Made by a program: the position numbers and the translations under genes
The notes under the pieces: generated by a model
Told to the model about the DNA's origin: nothing
Databases searched by the model: none
The model's input: the letters and a program-made list of their open reading frames with translations, nothing else
Part shown: piece after piece, positions 16,733-26,280 of the stretch
How positions within the stretch are numbered: the stretch's first letter is position 1
Layout: each line of letters begins with the position of its first letter
Source of the DNA: Bacteroidales bacterium
GTDB lineage: Bacteria; Bacteroidota; Bacteroidia; Bacteroidales; CAIWKO01
Reading direction: 5' to 3'
NCBI GenBank assembly: GCA_035389045.1
Contig: DAOORA010000008.1
Location: forward strand, 1-64,000
Length of the DNA stretch: 64,000 nt

Positions 16733-16808
16733 GCAAGTCGGAGCGCGGCTCAAAGCCGTCCTCCGACTAAAAGCCCACAGGCTTTCTGGATTTGTGAGTC
16801 TTTTTTTT
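16733..16808 (+). repeat. Diverged third copy of the REP plus terminator unit
   Basis: AGTCGGAGCGCGGCTCAAAGCCGTCCTCCGACT palindrome, then ...TTTGTGAGTC and a T-run. Confidence 0.65.
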
Positions 16809-16829
16809 ATATTTGGTATTACATTCCTC

Positions 16830-17141
16830 ATAACTATTCACCCCATTGAAAATATCATAAAGAAATTCTATAAGACTTGATATGCTTGTTATTAAGAATG
16901 ATTTTTGTCTTGCGCCTTAATAGGAGATTCCTCGCTTCCCTGCCTGCACTGCCGTTTCGGCAGGCAGGGCTCGGAATGACAATTCAGTTTTGGAGGGTAT
17001 AGGGAGGAGGAAAGCAGCGGGGCGCTTTGCGCCCCGCTGCTTTCCTCCTCCCAAATAACAAACCCTAATGTCATTCCGAATGAGCGAAGCGAAATGAGGA
17101 ATCTCTTTGTTTTCAAGTACTTCAACGGGGTGAATAGTCAC
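16830..17141. mobile_element. 312-bp MITE carrying REP-like hairpins
   Basis: TIRs ATAACTATTCACCCCATTGAA / TTCAACGGGGTGAATAGTCAC; CATTCCTC duplicated at 16822-16829 and 17142-17149. Confidence 0.85.
16924..17106. repeat. Inverted pair of GTCATTCCGA...GAGGAATCTC REP-like units around a 24-bp perfect hairpin
   Basis: GAGATTCCTC..CGGAATGAC (16924-16980), GGGAGGAGGAAAGCAGCGGGGCGC-TTT-GCGCCCCGCTGCTTTCCTCCTCCC, GTCATTCCGAA..GAGGAATCTC. Confidence 0.85.
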
Positions 17142-17283
17142 CATTCCTCAAATTAGTATTAATTTGGGGAATCTATTCCCAATATTTATGATTAATCATA
17201 TTTCAACTGACCTGATAAAAAACAAATTATTTACAGTAAGGCAATAATTATTGGGGGGCAAGACAAAGCTGACTACCGATATC

Positions 17284-17358
17284 GTGTAAGTCAGCGTGTG
17301 ACTTAAAGTCACGCTCTGACTAAACGCCAAGGGCTCGCAGAATTTGTGAGCCTTTTTT
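17284..17358 (+). repeat. REP-like palindrome plus terminator unit, copy 2
   Basis: 74 of 75 nt identical to 16654..16728. Confidence 0.85.
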
Positions 17359-17437
17359 TTTGAAATCTGCCATCCCGGTTTTTTTGAATAAATCCCCAAA
17401 CCTGTGTAACTTTGCACAGCTTATTTATTTTAAAACC

Positions 17438-18433
17438 ATGGAAACTGTCGTCAGTGGCATCAGGCCTACCGGAAACCTGCACTTAGGAAACTATCTCGGA
17501 GCATTACAGAACTTTGTAAAAATGCAATACGAAAATAACTGCTATTTTTTTATTGCCGATTATCACTCGCTGACCACCCACCCCACTCCTGCAGACCTCC
17601 ACGGCAATGTCCGCAATGTGCTGGTGGAATATCTTGCCTGCGGCCTTGACCCCGAAAAAGCAACTTTATATATCCAGAGCGATGTCCCCGAAACGGCTGA
17701 ACTATACCTGATACTCAACATGAACGCCTATCTGGGCGAACTGGAACGTTGCACCTCCTTCAAAGAAAAAGCCCGCACCCAGCCCGAAAATGTCAACGCC
17801 GGCCTCCTCACCTATCCCACGCTGATGGCTGCCGACATCATCATCCACAAGGCCGCCATGGTTCCTGTGGGCAAAGACCAGGAACAGCACCTCGAAATGA
17901 CACGAACCTTTGCAAAGCGATTTAACCGGCTTTACAAGGTAGAATACTTCCCCGAACCTGTTGCTTATAACTTCGGGCAAAACCTTATAAAAATACCCGG
18001 TCTCGACGGCAGCCTGAAAATGAGCAAATCCGACAATGAAAATTCCTGTATCTTTCTGGCCGACACCGCAGAGGTAATACGCAAAAAAATTATGAAGGCT
18101 GTGACGGATGAAGGCCCCAAAGTACCCAACCAGGCCAAACCGCAAGCCATTGAAAACCTTTTCAGCCTGATGAAGATCGTTTCAAAAGCCGAAACAGTGG
18201 CACACTTCGATGAATTATACAACAACTGCACGATACGTTACGGCGACCTCAAAAAACAACTTGCTGAGGACATGGTTAGCTTCATTGCTCCTCTTACGGA
18301 AAAGATCAGAGAACTGGCTTCCAACAATGATTATCTGCATAAAGTGGCACGGATGGGCGCCGAAAAAGCCCGCCACAGTGCAGCTAAAACCGTTAAGGAA
18401 GTTAAGGAAATCATCGGGTTCAAGGAATTCTGA
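17438..18433 (+). CDS. trpS: Tryptophanyl-tRNA synthetase
   Basis: SGIRPTGNLHLGNY (HIGH), VPVGKDQEQHLE, KMSKS; ATG at 17438 after TAACTTTG box at 17407. Confidence 0.97.
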   Translation: METVVSGIRPTGNLHLGNYLGALQNFVKMQYENNCYFFIADYHSLTTHPTPADLHGNVRNVLVEYLACGLDPEKATLYIQSDVPETAELYLILNMNAYLGELERCTSFKEKARTQPENVNAGLLTYPTLMAADIIIHKAAMVPVGKDQEQHLEMTRTFAKRFNRLYKVEYFPEPVAYNFGQNLIKIPGLDGSLKMSKSDNENSCIFLADTAEVIRKKIMKAVTDEGPKVPNQAKPQAIENLFSLMKIVSKAETVAHFDELYNNCTIRYGDLKKQLAEDMVSFIAPLTEKIRELASNNDYLHKVARMGAEKARHSAAKTVKEVKEIIGFKEF

Positions 18434-18492
18434 AGAATACAGAAATGTTTGATTCTCTGATAGATTAATACTGCTGTTTTTAACATATACAA

Positions 18493-19089
18493 ATGAGCCT
18501 TTCATCAGAACATATTGGCCTGTACTTCGGATCGTTCAACCCGATACATAACGGACATCTTGCCATCGCCGGTTTTTTGCTCGCAAATACGGATCTGGAT
18601 GAAGTGTGGTTTGTTGTTTCGCCTCAAAGCCCCTTTAAAAGTGAATCCTCTTTGCTTGATGATGATCACCGTTATAAAATGGTACAATTAGCCATTAAAA
18701 AAAATATCAGGCTGAAGGCCTGTAATATTGAGTTTTCATTACCCAAACCATCCTATACCATCAACACACTGAGAGCGCTTGAAGAAAAATATCCGGATAA
18801 GAAATTCGCTCTGATCATGGGGTCAGACAATCTTGACAATTTCGACAAGTGGAAAGATTATAAAGACATCATCGACCATCACCGTATCTGGGTTTATCCG
18901 CGTCATGGCTCTGATGTCGGCAAATTTAAAAATCATCCTTCGGTACGCCTGATCAATGCACCTTTGCTTGACATCTCCTCGACAAACATACGAAAATTGA
19001 TCCACGAAGGCAAGGATGTAAGCCGGATGGTACCTAAAAACGTTCTGACACATATAAATAAAATGAATTTTTACAGGGCTAACGTATGA
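18493..19089 (+). CDS. nadD: Nicotinate-nucleotide adenylyltransferase
   Basis: GSFNPIHNGH, SYTINTL, IMGSDN, ISST. Confidence 0.95.
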   Translation: MSLSSEHIGLYFGSFNPIHNGHLAIAGFLLANTDLDEVWFVVSPQSPFKSESSLLDDDHRYKMVQLAIKKNIRLKACNIEFSLPKPSYTINTLRALEEKYPDKKFALIMGSDNLDNFDKWKDYKDIIDHHRIWVYPRHGSDVGKFKNHPSVRLINAPLLDISSTNIRKLIHEGKDVSRMVPKNVLTHINKMNFYRANV

Positions 19090-19099
19090 CGAATAGTCA

Positions 19100-20371
19100 T
19101 TGTTTCCCATTATAATGATTTTCGACAACCGGCTCGCCCATGTATATCAAGACCTAATGCAAAAAATTTCAGCCCTCACTATTTCGGAGTACGATTACCC
19201 GCTGCCCAACGAAAAGATTGCCCGCTACCCTCTGCCGGAGCGCGACAGGTCGAAACTCCTGGTATGCCGGAACGGTTGTATTTCTGACCATTTTTTTTAT
19301 GAATTACCAGACTTCCTGATGGAAGGCACCTTGCTTGTCCTGAATAATACAAGGGTAATCCATGCCAGGTTGAATTTTCAGAGAGCCAGTGGTGCAAAGA
19401 TTGAGATTTTTTGCCTGGAGCCTGAATTCCCTGAAAAGGATATTCAACTGGCCATGCAACAAACAGATAGTTGTGTTTGGAAATGCCTGGTCGGCAACGC
19501 AAAAAAATGGAAAGGTGAAAAACTGTTTCTGAAAATGCAAGGTGAAAATACGGAACATAATCTCACCGCAGAACTCCTTGGACGTAGCGAAGACAATTTT
19601 CTGATCAGGTTTGCATGGTCGCCGTCGGTTATGAGTTTTTCACAAATCATTGAAACTGCAGGCAGCGTGCCTCTTCCTCCCTATATCCGTCGCCCTGCCG
19701 AACAAAGTGATAATGAACGTTATCAAACGGTTTATGCCGCTAACGACGGGTCTGTGGCAGCCCCAACAGCCGGCCTGCATTTTACCCCGCAGGTATTTGA
19801 AAAATTAATGAAGAAAAACATTACTCTGGCTCACACGACGCTGCATGTGGGCGCCGGAACATTCAGACCGGTGCAATCTGATGATATTGAAAAACATATC
19901 ATGCATTCCGAACAGGTGGTGATCCATAAACAGCTTATTAACGATCTGCTTGCGGCAAAAGGCCTGATCATTGCTGTCGGAACAACGACAATAAGGTCGG
20001 TTGAGAGCCTTTACTATGCAGGGGTTGCCCTAATCAAGCAGGGGGCATTGCCGGATCATATCAGCCAGTGGGCACCCTATGACAACCAAGGGGCCAAATA
20101 CGACAGAAGCCTGGTTCTTAATGAATTAAGGCGTCATATGGATGAGCACCATCTCGAACACATATCTTTTTCAACCAACATGATTATCATCCCGGGTTAT
20201 CAGTTTAAATTGACTGATGGGATGGTGACGAATTTTCATCAGCCCAGAAGCACCCTGTTACTTTTGGTTTCCGCCTATCTTGGCAAAACTTGGAAACAGG
20301 TATATGAACATGCCCTGAATAACGCTTACCGGTTTCTGAGTTATGGGGACGCCTGTTTTTTTATGAAATAA
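19100..20371 (+). CDS. queA: S-adenosylmethionine:tRNA ribosyltransferase-isomerase
   Basis: PLPPYI, YQTVYA, GSVAAPTAGLHFT, TLHVGAGTF, TNFHQPRSTL, YRFLSYGD; real start probably the ATG at 19157. Confidence 0.95.
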   Translation: MFPIIMIFDNRLAHVYQDLMQKISALTISEYDYPLPNEKIARYPLPERDRSKLLVCRNGCISDHFFYELPDFLMEGTLLVLNNTRVIHARLNFQRASGAKIEIFCLEPEFPEKDIQLAMQQTDSCVWKCLVGNAKKWKGEKLFLKMQGENTEHNLTAELLGRSEDNFLIRFAWSPSVMSFSQIIETAGSVPLPPYIRRPAEQSDNERYQTVYAANDGSVAAPTAGLHFTPQVFEKLMKKNITLAHTTLHVGAGTFRPVQSDDIEKHIMHSEQVVIHKQLINDLLAAKGLIIAVGTTTIRSVESLYYAGVALIKQGALPDHISQWAPYDNQGAKYDRSLVLNELRRHMDEHHLEHISFSTNMIIIPGYQFKLTDGMVTNFHQPRSTLLLLVSAYLGKTWKQVYEHALNNAYRFLSYGDACFFMK

Positions 20372-20822
20372 TTTCCGCCTTACCGGTTTTGTTATCAGGC
20401 AAATACAATGAAAAAAGCATGATAAAAAACAAAGCAAAGATCAGCGATATTGATGTGCTCATAAGAAGATAACCCGTGCCAAGTTGCAAAAGGAATATCC
20501 AGGGAATGGCCAGCAAAGCCAATTGACAACACACATACAAAACAAAACCTTTTTTTAGTCTTTTGCCCATCAGCACAACGGCAAAAATACACAACAGATG
20601 TAACCCTATCTTGAGCAGATGGCACAAAACACTACCGTGTTTTAGCTCTTCAGCCATAATGTCAATCACTGGTAAGGAGTTCAAAAAACATCCTGCTTTT
20701 GAGCCTGATAATAAAATAACCGAAACAATTACAGAAATGACATTGGAGATAACAGACAGAAAACACAGCAAATACAAAAAACCAGGAGGGCGGGTGACTT
20801 TTTTATTTATGGCATCGGTCAT
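20361..20822 (-). CDS. 4-TM membrane protein (paralog A)
   Basis: Four hydrophobic segments; RP..L..LC.LS and K.GF..Y motifs shared with 20823..21254 and 24489..24902. Confidence 0.75.
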   Translation of the reverse strand: MTDAINKKVTRPPGFLYLLCFLSVISNVISVIVSVILLSGSKAGCFLNSLPVIDIMAEELKHGSVLCHLLKIGLHLLCIFAVVLMGKRLKKGFVLYVCCQLALLAIPWIFLLQLGTGYLLMSTSISLIFALFFIMLFSLYLPDNKTGKAEIIS

Positions 20823-21254
20823 TTATAATTTTTTTAGATTTTTAAATTGCCGGGCATACAAAACAATAAACAACAGACTTCCTATAATAAATAAAGCGTT
20901 AAATACCGTCATCACCACAAAAAAGGAAAGGCAAATCATAATAATGTTAGCCGTGAAATATATCCAGAAACCAGAACGCTTCATCCTGAATATCAGCAAG
21001 GTGCCAACAAAAGAACTTCCAAACAATACAAACATCCCCGCAAAAAAAAGTAAAAAATAACTTTTACCCAAGCCATAGTATCCTTCAGAAAAAGTCTGAA
21101 GATAGTCGCTGAGCCATCCCGAAAAAAACAGGCCTCCAAACGAAAACAGTGTCATGCTGCCACTGAAGAAGAACGATATCAGACACAACCTGTAGAGCGT
21201 CCCCGGTCTTTTGGAAGGGACTGAAAAACGGGCATATTGTTCTTCAAATTCCAT
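20823..21254 (-). CDS. 4-TM membrane protein (paralog B)
   Basis: RPGTLYRLCLIS and MKRSGFWIY motifs. Confidence 0.75.
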   Translation of the reverse strand: MEFEEQYARFSVPSKRPGTLYRLCLISFFFSGSMTLFSFGGLFFSGWLSDYLQTFSEGYYGLGKSYFLLFFAGMFVLFGSSFVGTLLIFRMKRSGFWIYFTANIIMICLSFFVVMTVFNALFIIGSLLFIVLYARQFKNLKKL

Positions 21255-21360
21255 GTTAATATTATTTCTGCAGTAGCAACCTGATTGATTATGCTAAATT
21301 AATACACTGCAGGAAACTGGCAAAACTAATTTTGTAAAATGAAAATATTAACGAAACATC

Positions 21361-22632
21361 TCAGATAAAAAATAGCAGGATGATATTCACCAGTATAATC
21401 ACGGAAAAACACACCAACAAAGGTCTCCGTATGTGTTTACCTGAAAAAAACATGGCATAGGCCAGTTTCAACACATTATTACTGATGATTGCCTGAAATG
21501 ATACACGTGATATAATGTCAATGTCCACATTGAACCTGCCCTGAAAAACAGAAATTAGAAAGGGATCAATATCTGTGACTCCCACAACAAGCGACAATAT
21601 GTTCAGCCCCATACTGCCAAAATAGGTAACGGCGTAATAGGTAAGAAAAGAAAAGGCCACAAAGAGAACCATAAACAGTAGTGCCACTTTAAATTCGAGC
21701 GGGTTTTTATCTTTAATGGTGGTTATGGCCGCGCTTTCTTCCTCTTTGCGTTGATGATAATATACGGCAACGCCTGTTGCTGTAGTGACCACAAACATGA
21801 TCAAAAAATAAACCAGGTTGTTTGTAAAAAGGACCGGATTAAAAATCAGCATCAGGACGGCTATACGCAGGTACATCATAGCCGTAGCCAGAATGATCGC
21901 CGATGCGTAATTGTTTTTCAGCATCAGTCCTTCCCTGCTCTTTTTTGCCAGTATCAGGGTTGTTGCCGTGCTGCTGTATAATCCGCCCAGTATGCCCGAA
22001 ATGATGATCCCTGACCTCTTAAAGACATATTTTTTCAGTATATAGCTCAAATACGAAATGGTTGAAATAACCACCACGGCAAACCAGATGTTATATGGTG
22101 TGATATTCAGAAAAGGTACGATGGGTTTGTTAGGGAAAATAGGGAGCACAATACCTGCAATGATGAGAAATTTTGCCAGGATAATAAATTCTTCCTTTTC
22201 TATCTGTTTTGAAAATGTAGTAAAAGTTTCTTTGAGTTCGGTCAAGATAAGTACCGTAACAACAACCAGGATATAAAGCCAGGGCGGCTGGGTGATCACC
22301 AGCGGCGCCAGGCAGTATGTTATAAAAGCAATTATTATAGTGGTCAATCCGAAATCTTTAAATTGAATTATCTTTTGATAATAGTTGACAGCCAACATCA
22401 CCAGAATGACCAGTCCGCCTCCGAGGTACAGATATAAAAATTCCGGGTCAATAATATATAGAATATACCCAAGTATGCCGATGAAGGTAAAGGTACGATC
22501 GGTGCCAAAAAGCCGAGGGTCTTCACTGGCGGGATGCAGTTTACGCTGTGATAAACCGATCAGCAGGGAGAATACGGTTACGAATAAAAAATCAACCAGT
22601 TGTCGGGGAATTATGTCGAAAATATATTCCAT
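21361..22632 (-). CDS. MgtC/SapB-family membrane protein with DUF4010-like domain
   Basis: LIGL..R, GTDRTFTFIG, FGLTT, GILGGLYSSTATT, GVTDIDPF; many TM helices. Confidence 0.8.
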   Translation of the reverse strand: MEYIFDIIPRQLVDFLFVTVFSLLIGLSQRKLHPASEDPRLFGTDRTFTFIGILGYILYIIDPEFLYLYLGGGLVILVMLAVNYYQKIIQFKDFGLTTIIIAFITYCLAPLVITQPPWLYILVVVTVLILTELKETFTTFSKQIEKEEFIILAKFLIIAGIVLPIFPNKPIVPFLNITPYNIWFAVVVISTISYLSYILKKYVFKRSGIIISGILGGLYSSTATTLILAKKSREGLMLKNNYASAIILATAMMYLRIAVLMLIFNPVLFTNNLVYFLIMFVVTTATGVAVYYHQRKEEESAAITTIKDKNPLEFKVALLFMVLFVAFSFLTYYAVTYFGSMGLNILSLVVGVTDIDPFLISVFQGRFNVDIDIISRVSFQAIISNNVLKLAYAMFFSGKHIRRPLLVCFSVIILVNIILLFFI

Positions 22633-22691
22633 AACATAAATTTCCGGTTATACGTAATAACTTTTATGAAGTTAGGATAACAAGAATTTTT

Positions 22692-23699
22692 TTACAGAAA
22701 CGTTTTCAGAAAATAATATAAAACTGCTGAAAAAAACATGGAGGCCGGTATGGTAAGCACCCATGCCACAACTATATTGGCAGCCAGTTTCCATTTGATA
22801 CTGCTGGCTCTTTTGGTGACGCCAACGCCCATGATCGCCCCTGTAATGGTATGCGTGGTGCTCACGGGTATGCCTGCGAGCGTGACGCTGAACAAGGTCA
22901 ATGCTCCGGCAGTTTCCGCACAGAAGCCGCCAATGGGTTTCAGATGGCAAAGCCCCTTGCCTAAGGTTTTTACGATTTTTCCTGAGCCAAGTAAGGTTCC
23001 GAGTGCAATAGCCGTATAACACATCAGCGCAACCCACAAGGGAATCTGATCCGGGTTGCTGGTATACTCAGGGTTTCCGGTAGCCAATAGCAGCATAAAA
23101 ATAATACCCATAGTTTTCTGCGCATCATTCCCGCCATGACCAATGCTAAACGCTGCAGAGGACAGAAGCTGAAGCACCCTGAAATAGGTATCTATCCGTT
23201 GTGGCGGCTTTCTTCCCCATATCAGCAGTGTCAGGTTCATAAAAAAGTAGCCGATGATAAATCCAAACAAAGGCGCTAAGGCAATAAAACCAACAATTAT
23301 CAAAACATTGTCGATATTAACAGCCGATGGCCCAAACTTGATCAATGCCGGTCCGATCAGCCCTCCGATCAGGGCATGAGAAACGCTGTTGGGAATGCCA
23401 TTTCTTGCACATATCAGCACCCACGACCCGGCCCCAAGCAGGGAACAAAGAATAAAAACGGTGTCTTTTTCCAGTGTGCCGGGCATTATAATACCCGTAC
23501 CTATCTTATGAGCTACCGGTGAACCATAAAAAATGCCGAAAGCAACAAAATTGAAAAATGCTGCCCATAAAACTGCAATCCTGGGGGGTAACACATTGGT
23601 ACCGACAATAGTGGCAATGGAATTACCCGCATCATTCATCCCGTTGAGAAAATCATAAAGAACTGCAACAACTATCGTGATAATAACTATGGTCGTCAT
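22692..23699 (-). CDS. PiT-family inorganic phosphate transporter
   Basis: NGMNDAGNSIAT, HGGNDAQKTMG, GIPVSTTH. Confidence 0.93.
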   Translation of the reverse strand: MTTIVIITIVVAVLYDFLNGMNDAGNSIATIVGTNVLPPRIAVLWAAFFNFVAFGIFYGSPVAHKIGTGIIMPGTLEKDTVFILCSLLGAGSWVLICARNGIPNSVSHALIGGLIGPALIKFGPSAVNIDNVLIIVGFIALAPLFGFIIGYFFMNLTLLIWGRKPPQRIDTYFRVLQLLSSAAFSIGHGGNDAQKTMGIIFMLLLATGNPEYTSNPDQIPLWVALMCYTAIALGTLLGSGKIVKTLGKGLCHLKPIGGFCAETAGALTLFSVTLAGIPVSTTHTITGAIMGVGVTKRASSIKWKLAANIVVAWVLTIPASMFFSAVLYYFLKTFL

Positions 23700-23714
23700 A
23701 AATGATGCACAGAA

Positions 23715-24365
23715 TTATGCTACTTTCACAATGATGGCTTTTAATACATCAGCCACGTCTTCGGCCTTATCTGTAGCTTTTTCAAGGGTGCTGAGAATAG
23801 CATCCTGTTTGATCAGGGCTATAGGGTCTTTTTCATTTTCAAAAAGATATGAAATGGCCATATAATAAAGATCATCAACCTGATTTTCGATCTCATTGAG
23901 GCGGATACACGATTTTTTGATGACTTCGGGATGTTTCAGGTTGGATAATTCACCGATAGCTACTCTTAGTTCGCGACTGGCCTGAACAAGCAATTCCGAT
24001 ATTTCCAGTGTGTTTTTCGGTAGCGAGTTTATTTTGTACAACTCCATTCTTTTGGCGCTGGAGTGAATATAATCCAGCACATCATCCAGGGATGAGGTAA
24101 GTAACTGTATGTCTTCACGGTCGAAAGGGGTGATGAAGGTCTTGTTGAGTTCATCAAAAATCTTATGTGTGAGATCATCGCCGGCGCTTTCACATTGCTT
24201 GATCTGGGCAACCAGCGACAGTTTTTCTTCTTCATTTTCCACCAGCAACAGCAGTTTATTGAGCAATACAGCTCCTTTTTCTAAATTTTCTGCAACACTC
24301 TCAAACAAAGGAAAAAATTTTTTTTCCTTAGGTACAAAAAATTGAAATATTTTGTTTGCGCCCAT
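23715..24365 (-). CDS. DUF47 / PhoU-like phosphate transport regulator
   Basis: TFITPFDREDI, LDDVLD, LEKATDKAEDVA; directly upstream of PiT. Confidence 0.9.
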   Translation of the reverse strand: MGANKIFQFFVPKEKKFFPLFESVAENLEKGAVLLNKLLLLVENEEEKLSLVAQIKQCESAGDDLTHKIFDELNKTFITPFDREDIQLLTSSLDDVLDYIHSSAKRMELYKINSLPKNTLEISELLVQASRELRVAIGELSNLKHPEVIKKSCIRLNEIENQVDDLYYMAISYLFENEKDPIALIKQDAILSTLEKATDKAEDVADVLKAIIVKVA

Positions 24366-24488
24366 ATTTTATTTAAATTAAAACGGGCAAATTTATGCAT
24401 ATAATAGTTACTATAAATAAAAAAAATAAAAAAAACAATTCCGAAATTCATGAGCTGTTTATCAGAACATTATACGGGTAATTGGGGT

Positions 24489-24902
24489 TTATTCCATTTG
24501 GCTGTATTGCTGAGCATATAAAATGATAAATAATATCCCAGCCAACAGGTACAGTATCCAGAGGAAACTTAATGTATAATAAACGATGATGATGGTCACT
24601 ATCATTATCAGGCTGTTGGGGAATAGATAGATATAAAAACCGCTTCTTTTTTTCTTAAACATCAAAAATGCTCCGGTCACTGAGGTTGCAAACAATAAAA
24701 AAAAGATTACGGACACCGTGATGAAAAGATTTATAGGTATTGCTTCGTCATTTAAGTCCTGGTCGCGAAAAAAACCGGAAATCCTGCCTGATAATAATAC
24801 ACAGGCCCCAAAAAACAGAACACCTGCCCCTCCTGAAATAAAACTTAAGATGCACATCGTTTTTAATACGACCGGTCTGAGCAGGTATTTACTGATGTTC
24901 AT
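24489..24902 (-). CDS. 4-TM membrane protein (paralog C)
   Basis: RPVVLKTMCILS and KKRSGFYIY motifs. Confidence 0.75.
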   Translation of the reverse strand: MNISKYLLRPVVLKTMCILSFISGGAGVLFFGACVLLSGRISGFFRDQDLNDEAIPINLFITVSVIFFLLFATSVTGAFLMFKKKRSGFYIYLFPNSLIMIVTIIIVYYTLSFLWILYLLAGILFIILYAQQYSQME

Positions 24903-25086
24903 GGTTGGCTGTTACAATGCATATCACGCAGCAAAAATAGTGCTTTATTGCGCATGAAAAAATATTATATTTTATTGATTTTATTATAATCCGGAAATAA
25001 TTTAACATATTTTTGTAAAAAAATTTGTTTTGCACATCAAAATCTATTTTCTTTGTATTCAAAATAATAATAAAATTTTTAAATTT

Positions 25087-25452
25087 ATGGAAGAACAAAA
25101 CATCAACACACAACCACAGACGCCACCGGCACAGAATACGGCGACACCACCAATGGCCAATCAGGAAAAGCTGCCCGGAGCGATTCTGGCATTTGTTTTT
25201 GGGATAATTTCCAGTTGCTTTTTCTGGCTAGGTGCCCTTTTTATTGCACCCGGACTAATTCCTTTGGTATTTGGTATTATTGCCGTAATAAAAGGACCCA
25301 AAGCACGAAAGATTTTCGCTGCAAATCCCACACAATATATTAAAGCTCACAACATTCTGGCTTTGATTGGAATGATTCTGGGTATTGTGGGAATTGTACT
25401 TACGGTTATTTATATGATCGTCGGTATTATTGCCATTGCCCAATATGCCTGA
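25087..25452 (+). CDS. DUF4190-like small membrane protein
   Basis: Pro/Gln-rich leader, LAFVFGIIS, FGIIA, ALIGMILGIVG; ATG at 25087. Confidence 0.7.
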   Translation: MEEQNINTQPQTPPAQNTATPPMANQEKLPGAILAFVFGIISSCFFWLGALFIAPGLIPLVFGIIAVIKGPKARKIFAANPTQYIKAHNILALIGMILGIVGIVLTVIYMIVGIIAIAQYA

Positions 25453-25470
25453 TCTTTGATTTTTTTGTTT

Positions 25471-25508
25471 TAAAATAGTTGTGGGAACCTGTTTCCACAG
25501 CTATTTTA
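25471..25508 (+). terminator. Intrinsic terminator-like hairpin
   Basis: TAAAATAGTTGTGG...CCACAGCTATTTTA followed by Ts. Confidence 0.65.
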
Positions 25509-25536
25509 TTTTTAATTGTTATCATTTCTGATTTTA

Positions 25537-25845
25537 ATGGATATTAAAAAAAACACCCTGCTTTCTATAATTACGGGGACGCTTTCGTTGTGTATCTGCT
25601 GGTTTTTCTGGTATCCCTGCTGGGGAATTTTAATTTCATTGTGTTCAATGACTCTTGCCATTGTGGCAATCATTGCAGGTAAAAAATCAAAAAAGTTTTA
25701 TAAAAACAATCCGGAATCATTTGAAAAGAACCAGTACCGGAATGCAAAACTCGGTTTCAATTTAGGTGTTGCAGGCATAATCATCTCTTTGTTTTGTATT
25801 ATCCTGGCCATATTATCAACAATATATTTTAAATTTCAGATATAA
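25537..25845 (+). CDS. DUF4190-like small membrane protein
   Basis: Three TM segments, YKNNP loop, AKLG..LGVAG; ATG at 25537. Confidence 0.65.
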   Translation: MDIKKNTLLSIITGTLSLCICWFFWYPCWGILISLCSMTLAIVAIIAGKKSKKFYKNNPESFEKNQYRNAKLGFNLGVAGIIISLFCIILAILSTIYFKFQI

Positions 25846-25847
25846 TT

Positions 25848-26195
25848 ATGGAAGAGATCATCTCAGATCCGTTACCACAAAAGGAATTTCTGCCCGAAGC
25901 ATCGCTTGCGCTCAAATACAGCATATGGGGAAATGCGCTCGGTTTCCTTTTCTTTGTTCCTGTTTTGGGAATAGCCGGATGTATCGCCGCACTGATAATT
26001 TCTATCATAGGATTAAACAAAGGAAAAAGCGGGATGATGCTTTACCGTGCGGATAAACTAAGATACGATAAGGGTTCATTTGTTAAAACCCTGATCGCTT
26101 TTATCCTTGGAATTGTAGGTATCGTTCAGGCATCCCTTTTATCCATCTATGCCGGAATCTTTACCTTTTTGATGAAGGAGATTTTCAGGTTTTAA
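25848..26195 (+). CDS. DUF4190-like small membrane protein
   Basis: LPEA start motif, three TM segments, FILGIVG. Confidence 0.65.
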   Translation: MEEIISDPLPQKEFLPEASLALKYSIWGNALGFLFFVPVLGIAGCIAALIISIIGLNKGKSGMMLYRADKLRYDKGSFVKTLIAFILGIVGIVQASLLSIYAGIFTFLMKEIFRF

Positions 26196-26280
26196 GTGTC
26201 AGAAAATCGTTATCACCTGAGGAATACACCACTTCAATCTGACAGTCTTGTAATCATTGCAACGGTTTACTTACATATCC

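Noticed and set aside
16892..17144. ORFs 16892..17125 and 16917..17144
   Set aside because: They are translations of the MITE/REP palindromes
16654..17358. Possible CRISPR array
   Set aside because: Only 2-3 units, irregular spacing, no unique 30-40 bp spacers, no cas genes
17200..17437. T-box or attenuator upstream of trpS
   Set aside because: No T-box consensus or Trp-codon leader peptide seen; the hairpins belong to the repeat unit and lie upstream of the TAACTTTG promoter box
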